A stretch of 64,000 bases of DNA from Hamiltosporidium tvaerminnensis FI-OER-3-3 (Eukaryota; Fungi; Microsporidia): positions 992,001 to 1,056,000 of the forward strand of contig JAKIMF020000005.1 of assembly GCA_022605425.2 (NCBI GenBank). Reading direction: 5' to 3'. Shown here in pieces: positions 23,151 to 35,760 of this stretch. The position numbers and the translations under genes are program-made. A model generated the notes under the pieces. That model searched no databases. It was not told where the DNA came from and was given only the letters and a program-made list of their open reading frames with translations. Numbering within the stretch: the stretch's first letter is position 1; each line of letters starts with the position of its first letter.

Positions 23151-25733
23151 AGACACTCGGCATTAGAAATTATTCTTGCAGTAAATTACTCTACATTTAT
23201 TGTTATTTGAATTTATATCTAGTTACAGAGTTTAAGTGTCAGCATCTAGCAGTTATTATGTCGCCTCGTTCAATGATATGTACAAATATATGTAAAATAT
23301 TCAGACCGTCAAAATTTTTTTGGGAAAAAATTTAGAGCAAAAAATATAATATATTTAGAAGGTGATCATCTAGCTGAATATTTAACATAGAACTTCGATT
23401 ATAAAGGCCAAAAAAGAGCATTTCGTTATTATCGAAGATAATATTTGCTTAGGAAAAAAATAAGCCAATAATAGTCATTTTGCACTTAAATTACTTTGAT
23501 TAAGAATATTTTCCAGACAGACCAAGCTGTTATTTACATCAGAAAATAAAAACCTGGCTTGCTTGATCAAGAAAACTAAGTGATTCCCAAAGCCAACATA
23601 AATGAATATTTTGGAGCCAAAAGAGCATGTAGTACATTTAAATTTGAAACAAACATATTTATACATAAAACTAAATCCCCGAAAATTAGTATATTTTTAT
23701 AATGAATCTTGTAGATTTCGAAATTTCATGTAATCATAACGAATATTATTGTCTGATTAAAAATCTGATTGACACATATTCTGAATATATATGATATTTA
23801 GGATAATTAAAAAAACATCAGAATTTGTATAAATTAATTTTTGTTTAAAGAACTTTGATGTCTGTACGGAAATACAATCTAAGAAAAAATAAAATTTAAA
23901 TATGTATTTCTTGAACTTTTAACATTACATTATAAAAGAGATATATTTTAAAACCACATAATACAAAACAAAAATTTGGGCTAAACCTATAAATTAGACA
24001 GAAAAGAACGGCTAGCAAAGAAATCTCACGAAACAAGAATAAATACATATGAATCTTGAAAATTTTGTTCAAGTTACAATATGAAAATACATTGTGCTGC
24101 AAACAAATCTCCATATATGCTTTTTTGGTTATTCAGGCTATAATAATTCACCTTTTTGGGGCATAGTAACCGAATTAAAAACTGAGAAGATGATGTCTTC
24201 TAACAGAGATTTTTTTTATAGTGATTAGACAAAAAATGACAATGAATATTTAGAGAGATGCTTGGATTCTTTTATCGTCTAAATGACCAATCAATTGAGC
24301 TAATAACTTCTACAAATTTATACTAACTGCGAATATCAAATAAATGTCGCAGAGGTAGATAAGAATTTTCAAAATATATAGAAGAAGTGAATTAAGAAAA
24401 AATCTAAATAGTATCGCGAAAAATTTATCTATCAAAAATAAATTCCAAAGGAGTCTGCGATATAAATAAAAAAAGAAAGGAAATTATGTGATTTTCGTGA
24501 AAGCATTTTAGGTTTACAGTTACAGTTATTTCCATGAATAACATTTGTGAGATGAAAAATAGGAATAGCTACGCCAAAAACGGATACAAAGCGTCTAAAA
24601 CATACTTAAATTTCCTCTTTAATATTTGCAATCATAATTTTTCGATTTATTATTTTCTAAATGTTGACATGCATATTTTTATTTTATCCTTCCAAGAAAT
24701 TTTGAGAGTTATTTTCAAAAACAAATTAATTTATTTAACCATTTAAGCAATTCCTAACCGATACTTAGTAGATTTAAAAAAAAACACTTCTAATTTCAAA
24801 TCTAGTGTGGACCTTAAAGAGAAATCTATCAGAGATTTTTGGATCTAAAAATATAGAACAAACAAAGCGGGTGCATAATAATAATTCGGACGTCTTTCGT
24901 TTCATATGTAGAGTTTCTAATCATGAAATGATTTTTAAATATCGCTTTTTTACAGGAAAGAATGTAAATTCGCTGGTAAAACAATTAAATTTTTTGCAAG
25001 AAATTATTAGGAGAGTGGCAACAATAAAAGCAAACTGTGAAAATTATACATATATTAAAACTTTAAATCACAAACAATATATTACCTAAGGAATAGAAGG
25101 TAGAAAATACGGAATGTACTTTAGTTTAAATTTCTCTCTATCTGGTATGTCGGCTTTCTAAGTTAAGATAAGCATTGGGACCGAGATTTATGTATAAATA
25201 TGTCCTTACTTTGTTGTCTTTATACAATCTCAATTTATAATTTTGCTGTAAATAGACAAGAAAGTATAATTCATACTATTTTGAATTAGCTTTCAGAAGA
25301 CTTCAAATGTGACTTTGAAGATTAATTGTAAAAATTTTGATGTTTTGATAATAAAAAATTATATTTGCGTTCAATTAAGTAATATTGAACGAAAAAGTAC
25401 TAGATAATGATAACATAATATCTTTTATATTCTTATGGCGTAGTCATTTCAATGTTTATTGTTCAATATATTGAAAACAAAAAAATCAAGGATATTAAGT
25501 CAAAAAGAAATATAATTTTGTAATTCTAAATTTGCAAAAGGTATTGAACATTATTAAAAATTTAAGAAATCCCATAATATTTAAAGATTTCATGAAGATT
25601 AGCATAGAAATATTTAAGAAAATATATTGTAATGGTAAGAATGAAAGAATAAAAAGCAAATAATATACATAAAATTTCAAAATCTAAGTAATAAAAATAT
25701 ATGTTAAAAACCCAAAGACATTCAAAATACACT

Positions 25734-28106
25734 TTATATTAAACATTTTAATACCGCTTCAATACCGATCTCTTTAAAATATTTCGATATATTATCTGAA
25801 TATATTTCATTATAGAAATTTTTTGATTTTATTATTTTGTATAACTCTTCTGTTAGAAAAAGACCTTTTGGTAAGCAAACCCGACTAATTTGTAGTTGCG
25901 AGTAACTAAAGGGTATAAAAGGTAGTTCCAGGTCTTGTAAATTTTTAAAATTTAGTAAATATTGAATAGTTATTAGATTATTCTCAATATCCCATAGACT
26001 TAAGTGCCTCAAAGAATTAAAAAACTCACAATCCTCACCTAGACTACTGAAACTACTATAAATAAATTTACATTTATAAAGTTTTAATTTTTCCAAAACT
26101 TTGAGTTTTTTTAGTCGGTTTAAATCATTAATGCATAAACTTCCTCTTTGGTAGGATAGTGCTTTTAATCTTGTATTACACCCTATGTTTAATCTACTAA
26201 GGCAACACGAATGTAATAAGAAATCGGCTAAATTTAGATTTTCTAATTCATTCAAGTTACTTAAAATACCGACAAACTCACTATTATATAAATTTGAACT
26301 TTTCAAGCACAATTTATTGATACTTCGCGATATAAAATTTATAGGCGGGGTATTTTCAACCGATTCTACGTCACAAAATTTCAAGGACAGTTCCTTTAAA
26401 TTTACAAGCTTAGAGATTTCTAACAAACCATATCTATTTATTTTTATACTTCTAAGTATTAAATGAGTTATTGAACAATAATTATTGAATGGTTCAAGAT
26501 TCAACAGACTTTTTGGGTTTAAAGAACTAATTAAGTCTAAAAATTTAAGTTCTTTCTTTTGAAACAAAAGATTATAAAATTTGTCACTCAAATAAGTATT
26601 TTTAAATACTAAATTTTCCAAAGCTTTCATTTTTTCAAACACTTCGCATATATTACAATCTATGTTAGAACTCGGTTTATAATTGTAAAGTTTTAACGTT
26701 TTCAAGGATTTTAGACATTTTAAAAAGTTAAAAATTTCTTTAGAAATAATGTATCTATCGAACCAAATTTCTAAATATAGAATATTTATAGAATGGATTA
26801 GCAGATCACATTCTTTAATAAAATCTTTTTCTATTACATCCGACTCGAAAACAAGTACGATTTTTTTAATATTCGATGTTTTAGTAAAGCAATTCAACCA
26901 ACTAAAATTTGTTATAATATTTTTAAATTCTATATATTCTAAAGATTTGTTAGAATTCATGTAAGAATTGAAATTATTAGTGTCATTATACATAGTAACA
27001 TTATTTAATATCAATCCTTTAAGTCTTTGTTTGGATAGAAATTTAGTGAGGCAATTACAATTGACAATCAAATTTATTAGACTAAAATATTCTAATTTTA
27101 AATTGGGAGCATTATATAACTCATTTAAAATATTTTCTGATGATCCAAAAATGTTTGAAATAATTATTGATCTAAAAATATGAGCTAATGGTTTCAAGAA
27201 AATAAAATCCACATCTAGGAACTCGGTTCCTTGATAGTTATTTATTATTAATGATTTTATATTGATTTCATTCAATAAAATTTGAAATGTATTCGAAATA
27301 TCCCTATTTCTAAAAAAATTTTCTAGAATACAGAACGCCTTGAAATCGTGAATTACTAAATTTTTATATGGAATATTTTCATTAATAAGGTTTGTTTTAA
27401 ATATATTTTCGTTTTTTGTTGTCAATATTAAATTATTTTCGTAAAATATATGTTCGATCATTAGAATATTCAAAAAAGCTTGTATAATACTTTTTTTGAT
27501 ATTAGGAGTAGATTCTGATGAAAACATAAATCTAAATATTTCTTTAAAGTATGATTCTTTATTTATCAATTTTTTATCGTTTTTATTGCAATAGATTATT
27601 GAAAATATTCCTTGGAGGAGTTTAAATAAATTATTATTTTCGTAAGCTTTTAGATGTTTCAAGATAAATAATAAACATTTAAATTGGCTAAAACTTATTG
27701 TATCAGGTAATTCGAAAATATTTTTAGTAATTTTTAAAACATATAATAGCTCAAAATTACATTCGATCATTGCTTTTCTATTCTTTAATTTATTTTCTTT
27801 TAAAAAATCGTTAAAAACTGCAAAATTAACGAAATTTTCGTCATCATAAGTAAAAGAATAATTTAAACGGTTCATTACCGTTGAATCTATATCATAAATT
27901 ATTTTTAAATAGTAGTTTTCTTCTTGATCGTTTCCACTTACTTTATTCTCATGTATTTCTGAATATAATATAATTTCAGAATCTTCGTTTTCTTCAAACC
28001 AATAGATATATTTACATGCAGTAATAGTATATATATGTATGGTAAAATATAACACGTAAATGTAAGTATAGTTTAATTTGAACTCGGAAATACTTCTTAT
28101 ATTCAT
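25734..28106 (-). CDS. Secreted LRR-like family protein
   Basis: 790-aa ORF with a hydrophobic N-segment (YIYVLYFTIHIYTITA), family motifs YWFE..., IECNFEL.Y.LK, IPYKNL.I, LLNEINIKSL, KGLIL.N, LEYIEFKN, and many LxxLxLxxC repeats. Confidence 0.9.
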   Translation of the reverse strand: MNIRSISEFKLNYTYIYVLYFTIHIYTITACKYIYWFEENEDSEIILYSEIHENKVSGNDQEENYYLKIIYDIDSTVMNRLNYSFTYDDENFVNFAVFNDFLKENKLKNRKAMIECNFELLYVLKITKNIFELPDTISFSQFKCLLFILKHLKAYENNNLFKLLQGIFSIIYCNKNDKKLINKESYFKEIFRFMFSSESTPNIKKSIIQAFLNILMIEHIFYENNLILTTKNENIFKTNLINENIPYKNLVIHDFKAFCILENFFRNRDISNTFQILLNEINIKSLIINNYQGTEFLDVDFIFLKPLAHIFRSIIISNIFGSSENILNELYNAPNLKLEYFSLINLIVNCNCLTKFLSKQRLKGLILNNVTMYNDTNNFNSYMNSNKSLEYIEFKNIITNFSWLNCFTKTSNIKKIVLVFESDVIEKDFIKECDLLIHSINILYLEIWFDRYIISKEIFNFLKCLKSLKTLKLYNYKPSSNIDCNICEVFEKMKALENLVFKNTYLSDKFYNLLFQKKELKFLDLISSLNPKSLLNLEPFNNYCSITHLILRSIKINRYGLLEISKLVNLKELSLKFCDVESVENTPPINFISRSINKLCLKSSNLYNSEFVGILSNLNELENLNLADFLLHSCCLSRLNIGCNTRLKALSYQRGSLCINDLNRLKKLKVLEKLKLYKCKFIYSSFSSLGEDCEFFNSLRHLSLWDIENNLITIQYLLNFKNLQDLELPFIPFSYSQLQISRVCLPKGLFLTEELYKIIKSKNFYNEIYSDNISKYFKEIGIEAVLKCLI

Positions 28107-31100
28107 AGAGAATTATAATATGAAAGGATACAATAATTATTAATTTAGAAAGATTGCTATATTTTAATATTTAATCATTGATAAAAATAAAAAGCGCGGA
28201 AAAATAATTCATATAATTCCATATAGTTTCAATCAGTTTCTCCTTTAAACAAGATGTATTTGTGATGAATAAAGGAATAAGTATTTTATATTATTAAAAG
28301 ATACGGAGATGTAAAATTAGTAATGAAAATATATAGGAAGATTATATTAAATTCTAGAATTCTATTAATTTATTTAGAAATATTTTTATCAAATTTTGTT
28401 ATAAAGTTTTTTAAATTTCGATATGAGAAAGTTTGGGAATGTTTATTTTGAGAAATACTCGAAATTTGTGGTGAAACGTATTTATCACAATAACCTTATT
28501 TAATATATTGTCTTTCCTGCTGTAATCAAAAGATAATTAAATCAATCGCAATAAAATGTTTCTGAAATGACATAAAACTGTTAAACAAAATATTTTTTTG
28601 GAATATATACTAAAAAAAATATGGTAGCGGAATAAGTAGATCTATTTTATTACGGAATTTTGATAGAAATATATTCCTAGAAAAAAATATTCGTTTTTTA
28701 TTACGAAATTTCTAGTGCAACAGAATTGTTGAAAATATATAAAACCTCTTTATATAGATATAAATATGCTTTCATTGCTACATACAAGCCTTTCGATTTT
28801 GACCTTAGTGATTAAATTTAATAGATCAGAAACATTACGGGAATATAAATCGACAGAGATATATGCAATATAACAAAAATAGTTCAATTCACGATAAAAA
28901 AATATAAGAAGCTAAAGTTTTAAATCAAAGATTCATTTTCCAAGTTATTTAATAATATAAACATGAAATCCAAAACCAAGACTTGGTTTCGAGATTAAAT
29001 TTTTGTCTTTCAATTAATTCAAAATAATTGGTAGATAAATATTGAAATGGTATTGCTGCTTGCATGGAAGATTTGCTTCGAAAAAACAATGCATAATGTT
29101 AAGTTGATTGATAATATTCAACTAGAGCTGTAAAAACTGAGTTATTTGCGTATAATGCTTGCTTTTTTCTTCTAGTGAAGTTTAGTAGACCAATGCAAGA
29201 ACGAAAAATAAAATATAAACATTAAAAAATATTAAGTTTATAAATTAAATACGAAAGAAACCAAATTAATTTAAAAACAGCTCATTGGTTTGATTATATT
29301 CCTATAGATCATCGTTGACACAAAAATACTAATTTGATAAATATTAGAAAAATTTTGCTTATATAATTATGAAAAAACGAAAAATACTGTAAGATTGGTT
29401 CAACAATTTAAATTGGATTTGCATCTTCACAAAAGTTAAAAAAATAGTTAAACATATTTTCATTCCGAAAAGATTTACAAACTATCAAATATTTTTAGAT
29501 GCCGTAAAACAATAAAATATTTAACTAGTTTGTATGATTGTCAATCAAACCATGCATCTTTTAATTGTATAAAATTACATTCATTATAGATCATAGTTCA
29601 TTTCGTTAAATTATACGCTTCAAATATAAGATATTTTTCTTTGCCTTATTAAGCAAATTTGCGTCATAGAAGTCCAATCGCTAACTTTCTTATCCTGTTT
29701 CGAATATTTAAATTTACTAAAAGGTAACTGATTTCTTATATATGAGAGATATTAGGTGAGCATAAATAGTTACTTATTCCATTCCTCTTTTATCTCTCGA
29801 TGTCCAGGATGAACAAATGAAAGTTTTGCATTGGTTTCTTTAAATCTGTTATGACTCTAGATTATAAGGGATCGGCTTTTAGATCCTATGGAATTTATAT
29901 CCCACTAAAATGTCAACTATAATTTTCAATCAGATTATACAGCTCATTACCAAGCAATTGGTTTTTAATATGGTTATCCTCTTTCTACCTGTCGAATGAT
30001 ATTTACTAAACGATATTATGATTTATTAAAAACAATAATTCTATTTAAAGTTAAGATTGCAACAGCTTAAGTTGCCATTTTCTCTTTATTGCTAAATGAT
30101 ACGGAATTTTGTTTGTTTTAATTCATCACATAACATGCCACTACTACATACGAACCTATTTCTATGATAGTCGATCAAACAAAAGTCTTTTGCTTTCAGA
30201 TTTAATGTTTAAATATGCATGCCAGAAACTAAAATAAAAATACATTTTATCAACTTAAAAAAAAATTGTTTATTTCTTTAGAAACTAAAGATAAAACCAA
30301 AATTTTGCTTCATACTTGATCAGGATTTACAAATAAAGGACTTTACTATTATACAATCAGATCATAAATATAGTTAATTTTTATCAAATATGAATGGAAT
30401 GGTTACCTTGGCTACAATATCCTCTCTGAGATATCTTATTTTTTTAAAATATAGTATGTTTCGAAAATATTCGTTTCTTGTTTGCTAAATGGCATCTTAA
30501 AACTTGGCACAGTATTTTAATATTAGTATAATGTCTAATGGTTCACAGGATATTTTCAAATGTTCTTTCCATTTATAAAATCAAACCCTTTTTGCCAACC
30601 AAATCGAGAATGTTAGTAGGAACTTAACGAGACCATATAGAAGACGGATATTTAATCTTATATTTATTCCCCTAATTCATCATATATCTCAATATTAATT
30701 TCGTTCATTTGTAATATAAAAAATTTCAGCTATAGCTTTATAATGATATTTTAAATTTAAAAATTTTAGGAGCAAAATTTTGGATAGAAAAATAATCGCT
30801 GGACTAGTTTCCATATTATCTTATTATTGCTTCAAAATAATTCAAAATTCCTTTTTATTTCCTCGAATCGTTCAAACCAATGTAATATATTTGTTATCAG
30901 TTATGTTTCCAAGAATTTAATCGATAAGAAGTTTCTTTCATTATACATCATTCTCAACCCTAAATATTTCTATAAGTTATGTAGATTATATTCAAAATTG
31001 GCATCGAAAAAAGTATATTTACATCCTTTTCTAGATTTTGAAGAATCATTATACTATTATGTATTCCTATTGATGATAACTAAAATTTGAATCACAAATC

Positions 31101-32638
31101 TATCAGAATCCTTATAAATGTATTGAGTAAGTATATATCTTGCTTTAGTCGATTTTTTTGCTTCTTTGTAGAAATATTATCAAATGGCTTGTAACATAAA
31201 TTTTGGCTCTATTTTCCTGTGTATACCAAGTAATAGCCATTGTAACGATTTTCTAGTTCTCTGTGTTGATTTCGTTCAATTTTTTGTTGGAACGAATTAT
31301 TCTTGGAATTTCAGTAACATTAATTAAACTCATAGTCTCTTGCAAAAAACCAGCACCTAATATTTCTATTCGAATAACGAAAATCTTAAATTATATTCCT
31401 AATACGCACACTGTGCATATAAAATCACGATGAGCACATCTGGGTTTTCTATTGACATTAATTGGTTCTCGATACACTCTCTTTTCTTTTTATAATGCAT
31501 TTATTCCATATTTCGTGATTGATTTCAATTTTAAAGAGAAAATATCTATAGCTTACTTTAAATATTTCTTAGCACATTTTGCCCATCTTACTTATTTACT
31601 AAAAATATTATTAATTGTTGCTTATAAATTCAAGACCAATAATTATTGCTTTATATACATAACTTCAATCGGATCAACATACTTCATAAACTATCATATG
31701 TTCAGAACTCGAAAATAATATTTTTTTTGGTTTCGACATATATTCAGAAAATCTTCTTCTTTACCATCAGCATGGATATATTTAAGCCAAATGTTCCATA
31801 GAATTATATAATCCCCAACTAGATATTTATATCAACTCCTAAGAAATTTCCACTATATTATTCACATCTTTTAATAACTTTTTTGATTGGTTTGACATTT
31901 TATCGTAATAAAATCATATGATAATCTATATGACACTTATTAACACATTTATATTATTTATTTTTTCTTACCTACAAAGGTTAATTTTTAATTAAAATTT
32001 TAATACTTTCGTGGTATTTAAATTGAACGTCTTTTTACACTGAACCAAGAACGCAACAGTTTAGGTCGAAAGTGACTCAATAATTACAATAGTTTAAATA
32101 TAAAAGTTCCTAATAGTTTCTTATCATAAACCACCATTTCATAAATAGAAAGCAGATAATTTGCAGGTTTTGATAGATAGATGTTTATTTCAAGTATTAT
32201 TTATAATAAAAATTACCAAAATGGAATATTGATTGTTTATAAATAATAGAAACTATACAAGGTAATATATGCAAATATATATGATAATATGCTTATTTTT
32301 TATAAAAAAAAATATATATTAGATTAAAATATCGGATTTTATATGTTATTGGATTGAAGACATGTCTAATTGTAAAAAAAAAAATAGATTTATATTAAAA
32401 TTTTATCTTTTAATTATTTTTAAAAGTGAATACTAAAGCAAAGAATATTTATGTGTTTTAAAGGCGAAAAATATAAATATATCAAATAAAACTATTAAAT
32501 TCAAGTTAAAAATATGTAATTCATCAACTATTGTTTAGTATTAAATAAAAACTTTAAAATTATATTTTAAAGATATTATCATTTACTATTAAAACAAAAA
32601 AAATATTTTATTTAAAAATATCACATCTTTTTTGAAAT

Positions 32639-33331
32639 AGTGGCAAGTTTTATATTTTTTTTCATGATACTAACGCAGTTCTAGGTTTAACATAAATAAA
32701 CGCTACCCCAACACTCCATTTGTAACCCCTGTGATACCTACATCCCAAAGCCTTTCATCTACCAGGTGTGTAGAACCTAATTAATAGACGAGGTAGTTGC
32801 CCAGAGTTCGTTAATGTCTGTTGCATTGTGTTGATCGAACGCTGAAGCCCACCCTGGGCTCCCCCAAGACTATGCAGCATTCCCAGTTACTCTACACTTT
32901 CTGAACCCAATAAACTTCTAGCTAAGATATATTTCAGAGATTTACATGGGGTTCACCTAGACAGGGCAATGTCATACCAACAGGTATAACCTACTACTTA
33001 GCTTTCCCGGCTTTTAAGGATTTTTATTTTTATATCTCCCAGGCGCTAAGTCTTCTAACCCGAGTGAGCAAGGCTAGGTTTCCATGCTTTTACATGGCTA
33101 TTACCTACATGTTCAGCTGCGGTCTGCAATCTGGTTACATAAAAATCTACAAATAAATCGTAGAAAAAGTTTCTCCATTTCTCAGACCTCTCCCCCTCAT
33201 AAAACTCCTATGGAACAACCAAAGATGTAGTGTGGTTGTTTTCCCTTAAAAATCCAAAGAATGACCTCACATCAGTTTCACACACTCATTGCAAAGGAGA
33301 AAGTTTTTTATGTGGTTATCCTCCCTCCACA
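32639..33331 (-). repeat. ~690-bp dispersed repeat, copy B (inverted relative to copy A)
   Basis: Reverse complement of 9900-10578. Ends are AGTGG...CCACA, one mismatch from an LTR-type TGTGG...CCACA terminal inverted repeat. No clear TSD. Confidence 0.9.
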
Positions 33332-33510
33332 AAAAACAAAAAGAAAACTATAATATCATAATAAAATATATTATTCCAGTCACTATTAAAACAATATAAT
33401 ATTATGACAGTTCAAATGTAATATTTATGTTTCTTAGAATTATTTTTTTTGGACTAAAAATTTAATTCATAAAAGTTTTAATTCAATTATTTTTGTAATA
33501 TTATAATATT

Positions 33511-34311
33511 ACGGATAAGGAAAAAGTATTTCAATTGATTGATTTCGAGTTATATTTAAAGTCATTTTTGTTTCTACCGATTCAATTTTTAAAACGAAAA
33601 TATTTTTGGATTTTTTTATTACTTTTAATAAGTTTATCAGTATTTTTAATATTTTGTTTTTTAAGTGCCAAATATAAAGGTAAAGAATTGATAGAGATAG
33701 CAGAAAACCTTAGAAAAATGGAATTTGTTCAATCTACAACTGCAAATATTGAAAATAATAAAATCATTATGAGATTTTATAATATGAAAAATTATTTTTT
33801 ATTTCTTATTAAGTATGTGGATAAACCTAGAATTCCTATTAAAGAATCATTTTTTGAAATTAGAAAAATATTAAATCAACAAAAAAAAGAATCAATTTTA
33901 ACTGAAATTGAATTACCAGAAACAAATAAGTATAAAAATATAGATTTGAAATGGGATTATGCCGATTTTATTTTATTATCCAAAGATTTAAATATAAATT
34001 ATTTTGAAAAACTGGTATATAAATTGTTTATAAAAAGTTCATTTTTAAAAAGTTGTACAGTTTTGTATATTGAATTTTTAAATAAAATTTATTAAATATG
34101 GTATGAAGACAGCCAGTCAGTTATTTATATTTTTAGAATTGAAAATGAGATTAAAATGGTATTTTTAAAATTTATTGTAGATACTAAAATTATATATAAA
34201 GGATATGAAAGTATAAGTGTTGTATTTAAAGATAAGGAAAATTTTAAGGAAAATTATCTTGCATTTTCTGGTTTGATTTATTTTTTGTTTAGGCTAAATA
34301 ATTTAAATTAA
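33511..34311 (+). pseudogene. Disabled (or non-canonically translated) gene for an N-anchored membrane protein, ~266 codons
   Basis: The frame opens after TAA 33496 with no ATG before the TM segment. ACG-GAT-AAG-GAA at 33511 looks like a mutated start. TM segment YFWIFLLLLISLSVFLIFCFL. After TAA 34093-34095 the same frame continues for 71 sense codons (IWYEDSQSVIYIFRIENEIK...) to TAA 34311. Confidence 0.55.
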
Positions 34312-34944
34312 ATTTTATCTATAAAAATATTTTAGAATTGGATTTTACTTACTTTTAAGAAATAAAAATTAAAATTTTATTTGTAAATTTGTTTTAAAAT
34401 TGGCTTAAGATTATTTTTAAATAACTACTACTGCTCAAGGAAAAATACTTTTTTTTTGGTTCATCGAGCGGTATTTACTTTTTAATTTATTATTTCTTTC
34501 TCAGCCAAAATATTTTTTTCGTTTTTTATTTTAAAATTAAAATATTGCGACTGAAATAAAAAAAATTGTAAATTAATTAATACTTCTTGGTTTTAAAATT
34601 AAAATATAAATTAATCAGTGAAATGAAAAAGGATTTTTCTGAAAAAAAGAAAAACTATAATTTTTAAATATCATGGTTGTATTTATTAAATACTTTGGTA
34701 CTTTGATAGGATTTATTTTTTTTAAAAAAAATGCAAATTATTTTACATATTTCTGGCCGGTTTTATACATATCGATGTGGGTGATGAGGGTAAGAGATTA
34801 GGAAAGAAAATTATTTAAATTTGAATTAGCAATTGATTTTGAACCAATAAAATCGAATAGAAACCAAATATAAAAGTAAAATTCTAACCGTTTTTTAAAT
34901 ATTTTTATCAAAATTTTTACAAAAATCCTTGTATTTGTATTTCT

Positions 34945-35760
34945 ATGACATTAAAAAGTAAAGAGAAACGCGATTATTATTATAAACTAGCAAAAGAACA
35001 AAATTACAGAGCACGAAGTGCATATAAATTATTACAAATTGATCAAGAAATAAATATTATTAAAAAATGTAAAAATATTCTTGATTTATGTGCGGCACCA
35101 GGAAGTTGGTCACAGGTGGTTTTGGAGAGAAGAAATAATGAAGAAACAAAAGTTGTGGCAATCGATGTTCTTGAAATGTTTCCGTTGGACGGTGCAATTA
35201 TGTTGAAAGAAGATATTACAAGCGAGCTGTGTGTAAAAAAAATACAAAATATTATGAATGGGGAAAAGTTTGATTTAGTTTTGTGTGATGGTGCATCGGA
35301 TTCAACAGGATTTCATTTTAAAGATGAATTTGTACAAAACGAGCTACTTTTATCTTCTTTACGTTTAAGTCTCAGAACAGGAAAAGTTGGATCTTCTTTT
35401 TTAGGAAAATGTTTCAGATCAGAAAATTTTTGTAAAATTATTAAAATTTTTTATGAATTTTATGAAAAGGTTAAGCTTTTTAAACCAATTTCAAGTCGAG
35501 CAGCCAGTATTGAATGTTTTATTTATGGAGAAGGTTTAAAAAGGGTAGATAATTGTTCTTTATCTTTCAATCTCTTCGATTTTAATTTAGATTTCTCAGA
35601 AATGCAAAAATATTTTTTACAAATCCAAGCATGTGGAACCGGTCCTGATCCTGATATATCTACAAATGATAATAAGGCATATAAAGAGTCAAAATATAAA
35701 CCAATTGATCCACCTTATAAACCCTCAATTCAAATACGAAGAAATAATTCAAATACTTAG
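34945..35760 (+). CDS. TRM7: tRNA (C32/G34) 2'-O-methyltransferase, FtsJ/RrmJ family
   Basis: SKEKRDYYYKLAKEQNYRARSAYKLLQID, DLCAAPGSWSQV, DLVLCDGA, KP.SSR.ASIE.F and C-terminal PIDPPYK are typical of Trm7/FTSJ1. Confidence 0.93.
   Translation: MTLKSKEKRDYYYKLAKEQNYRARSAYKLLQIDQEINIIKKCKNILDLCAAPGSWSQVVLERRNNEETKVVAIDVLEMFPLDGAIMLKEDITSELCVKKIQNIMNGEKFDLVLCDGASDSTGFHFKDEFVQNELLLSSLRLSLRTGKVGSSFLGKCFRSENFCKIIKIFYEFYEKVKLFKPISSRAASIECFIYGEGLKRVDNCSLSFNLFDFNLDFSEMQKYFLQIQACGTGPDPDISTNDNKAYKESKYKPIDPPYKPSIQIRRNNSNT

Noticed and set aside
33178-33200. GGGAGAGGTCTGAG on the minus strand resembling RNase P CR-I
   Set aside because: Not conserved in copy A and no convincing CR-V partner.
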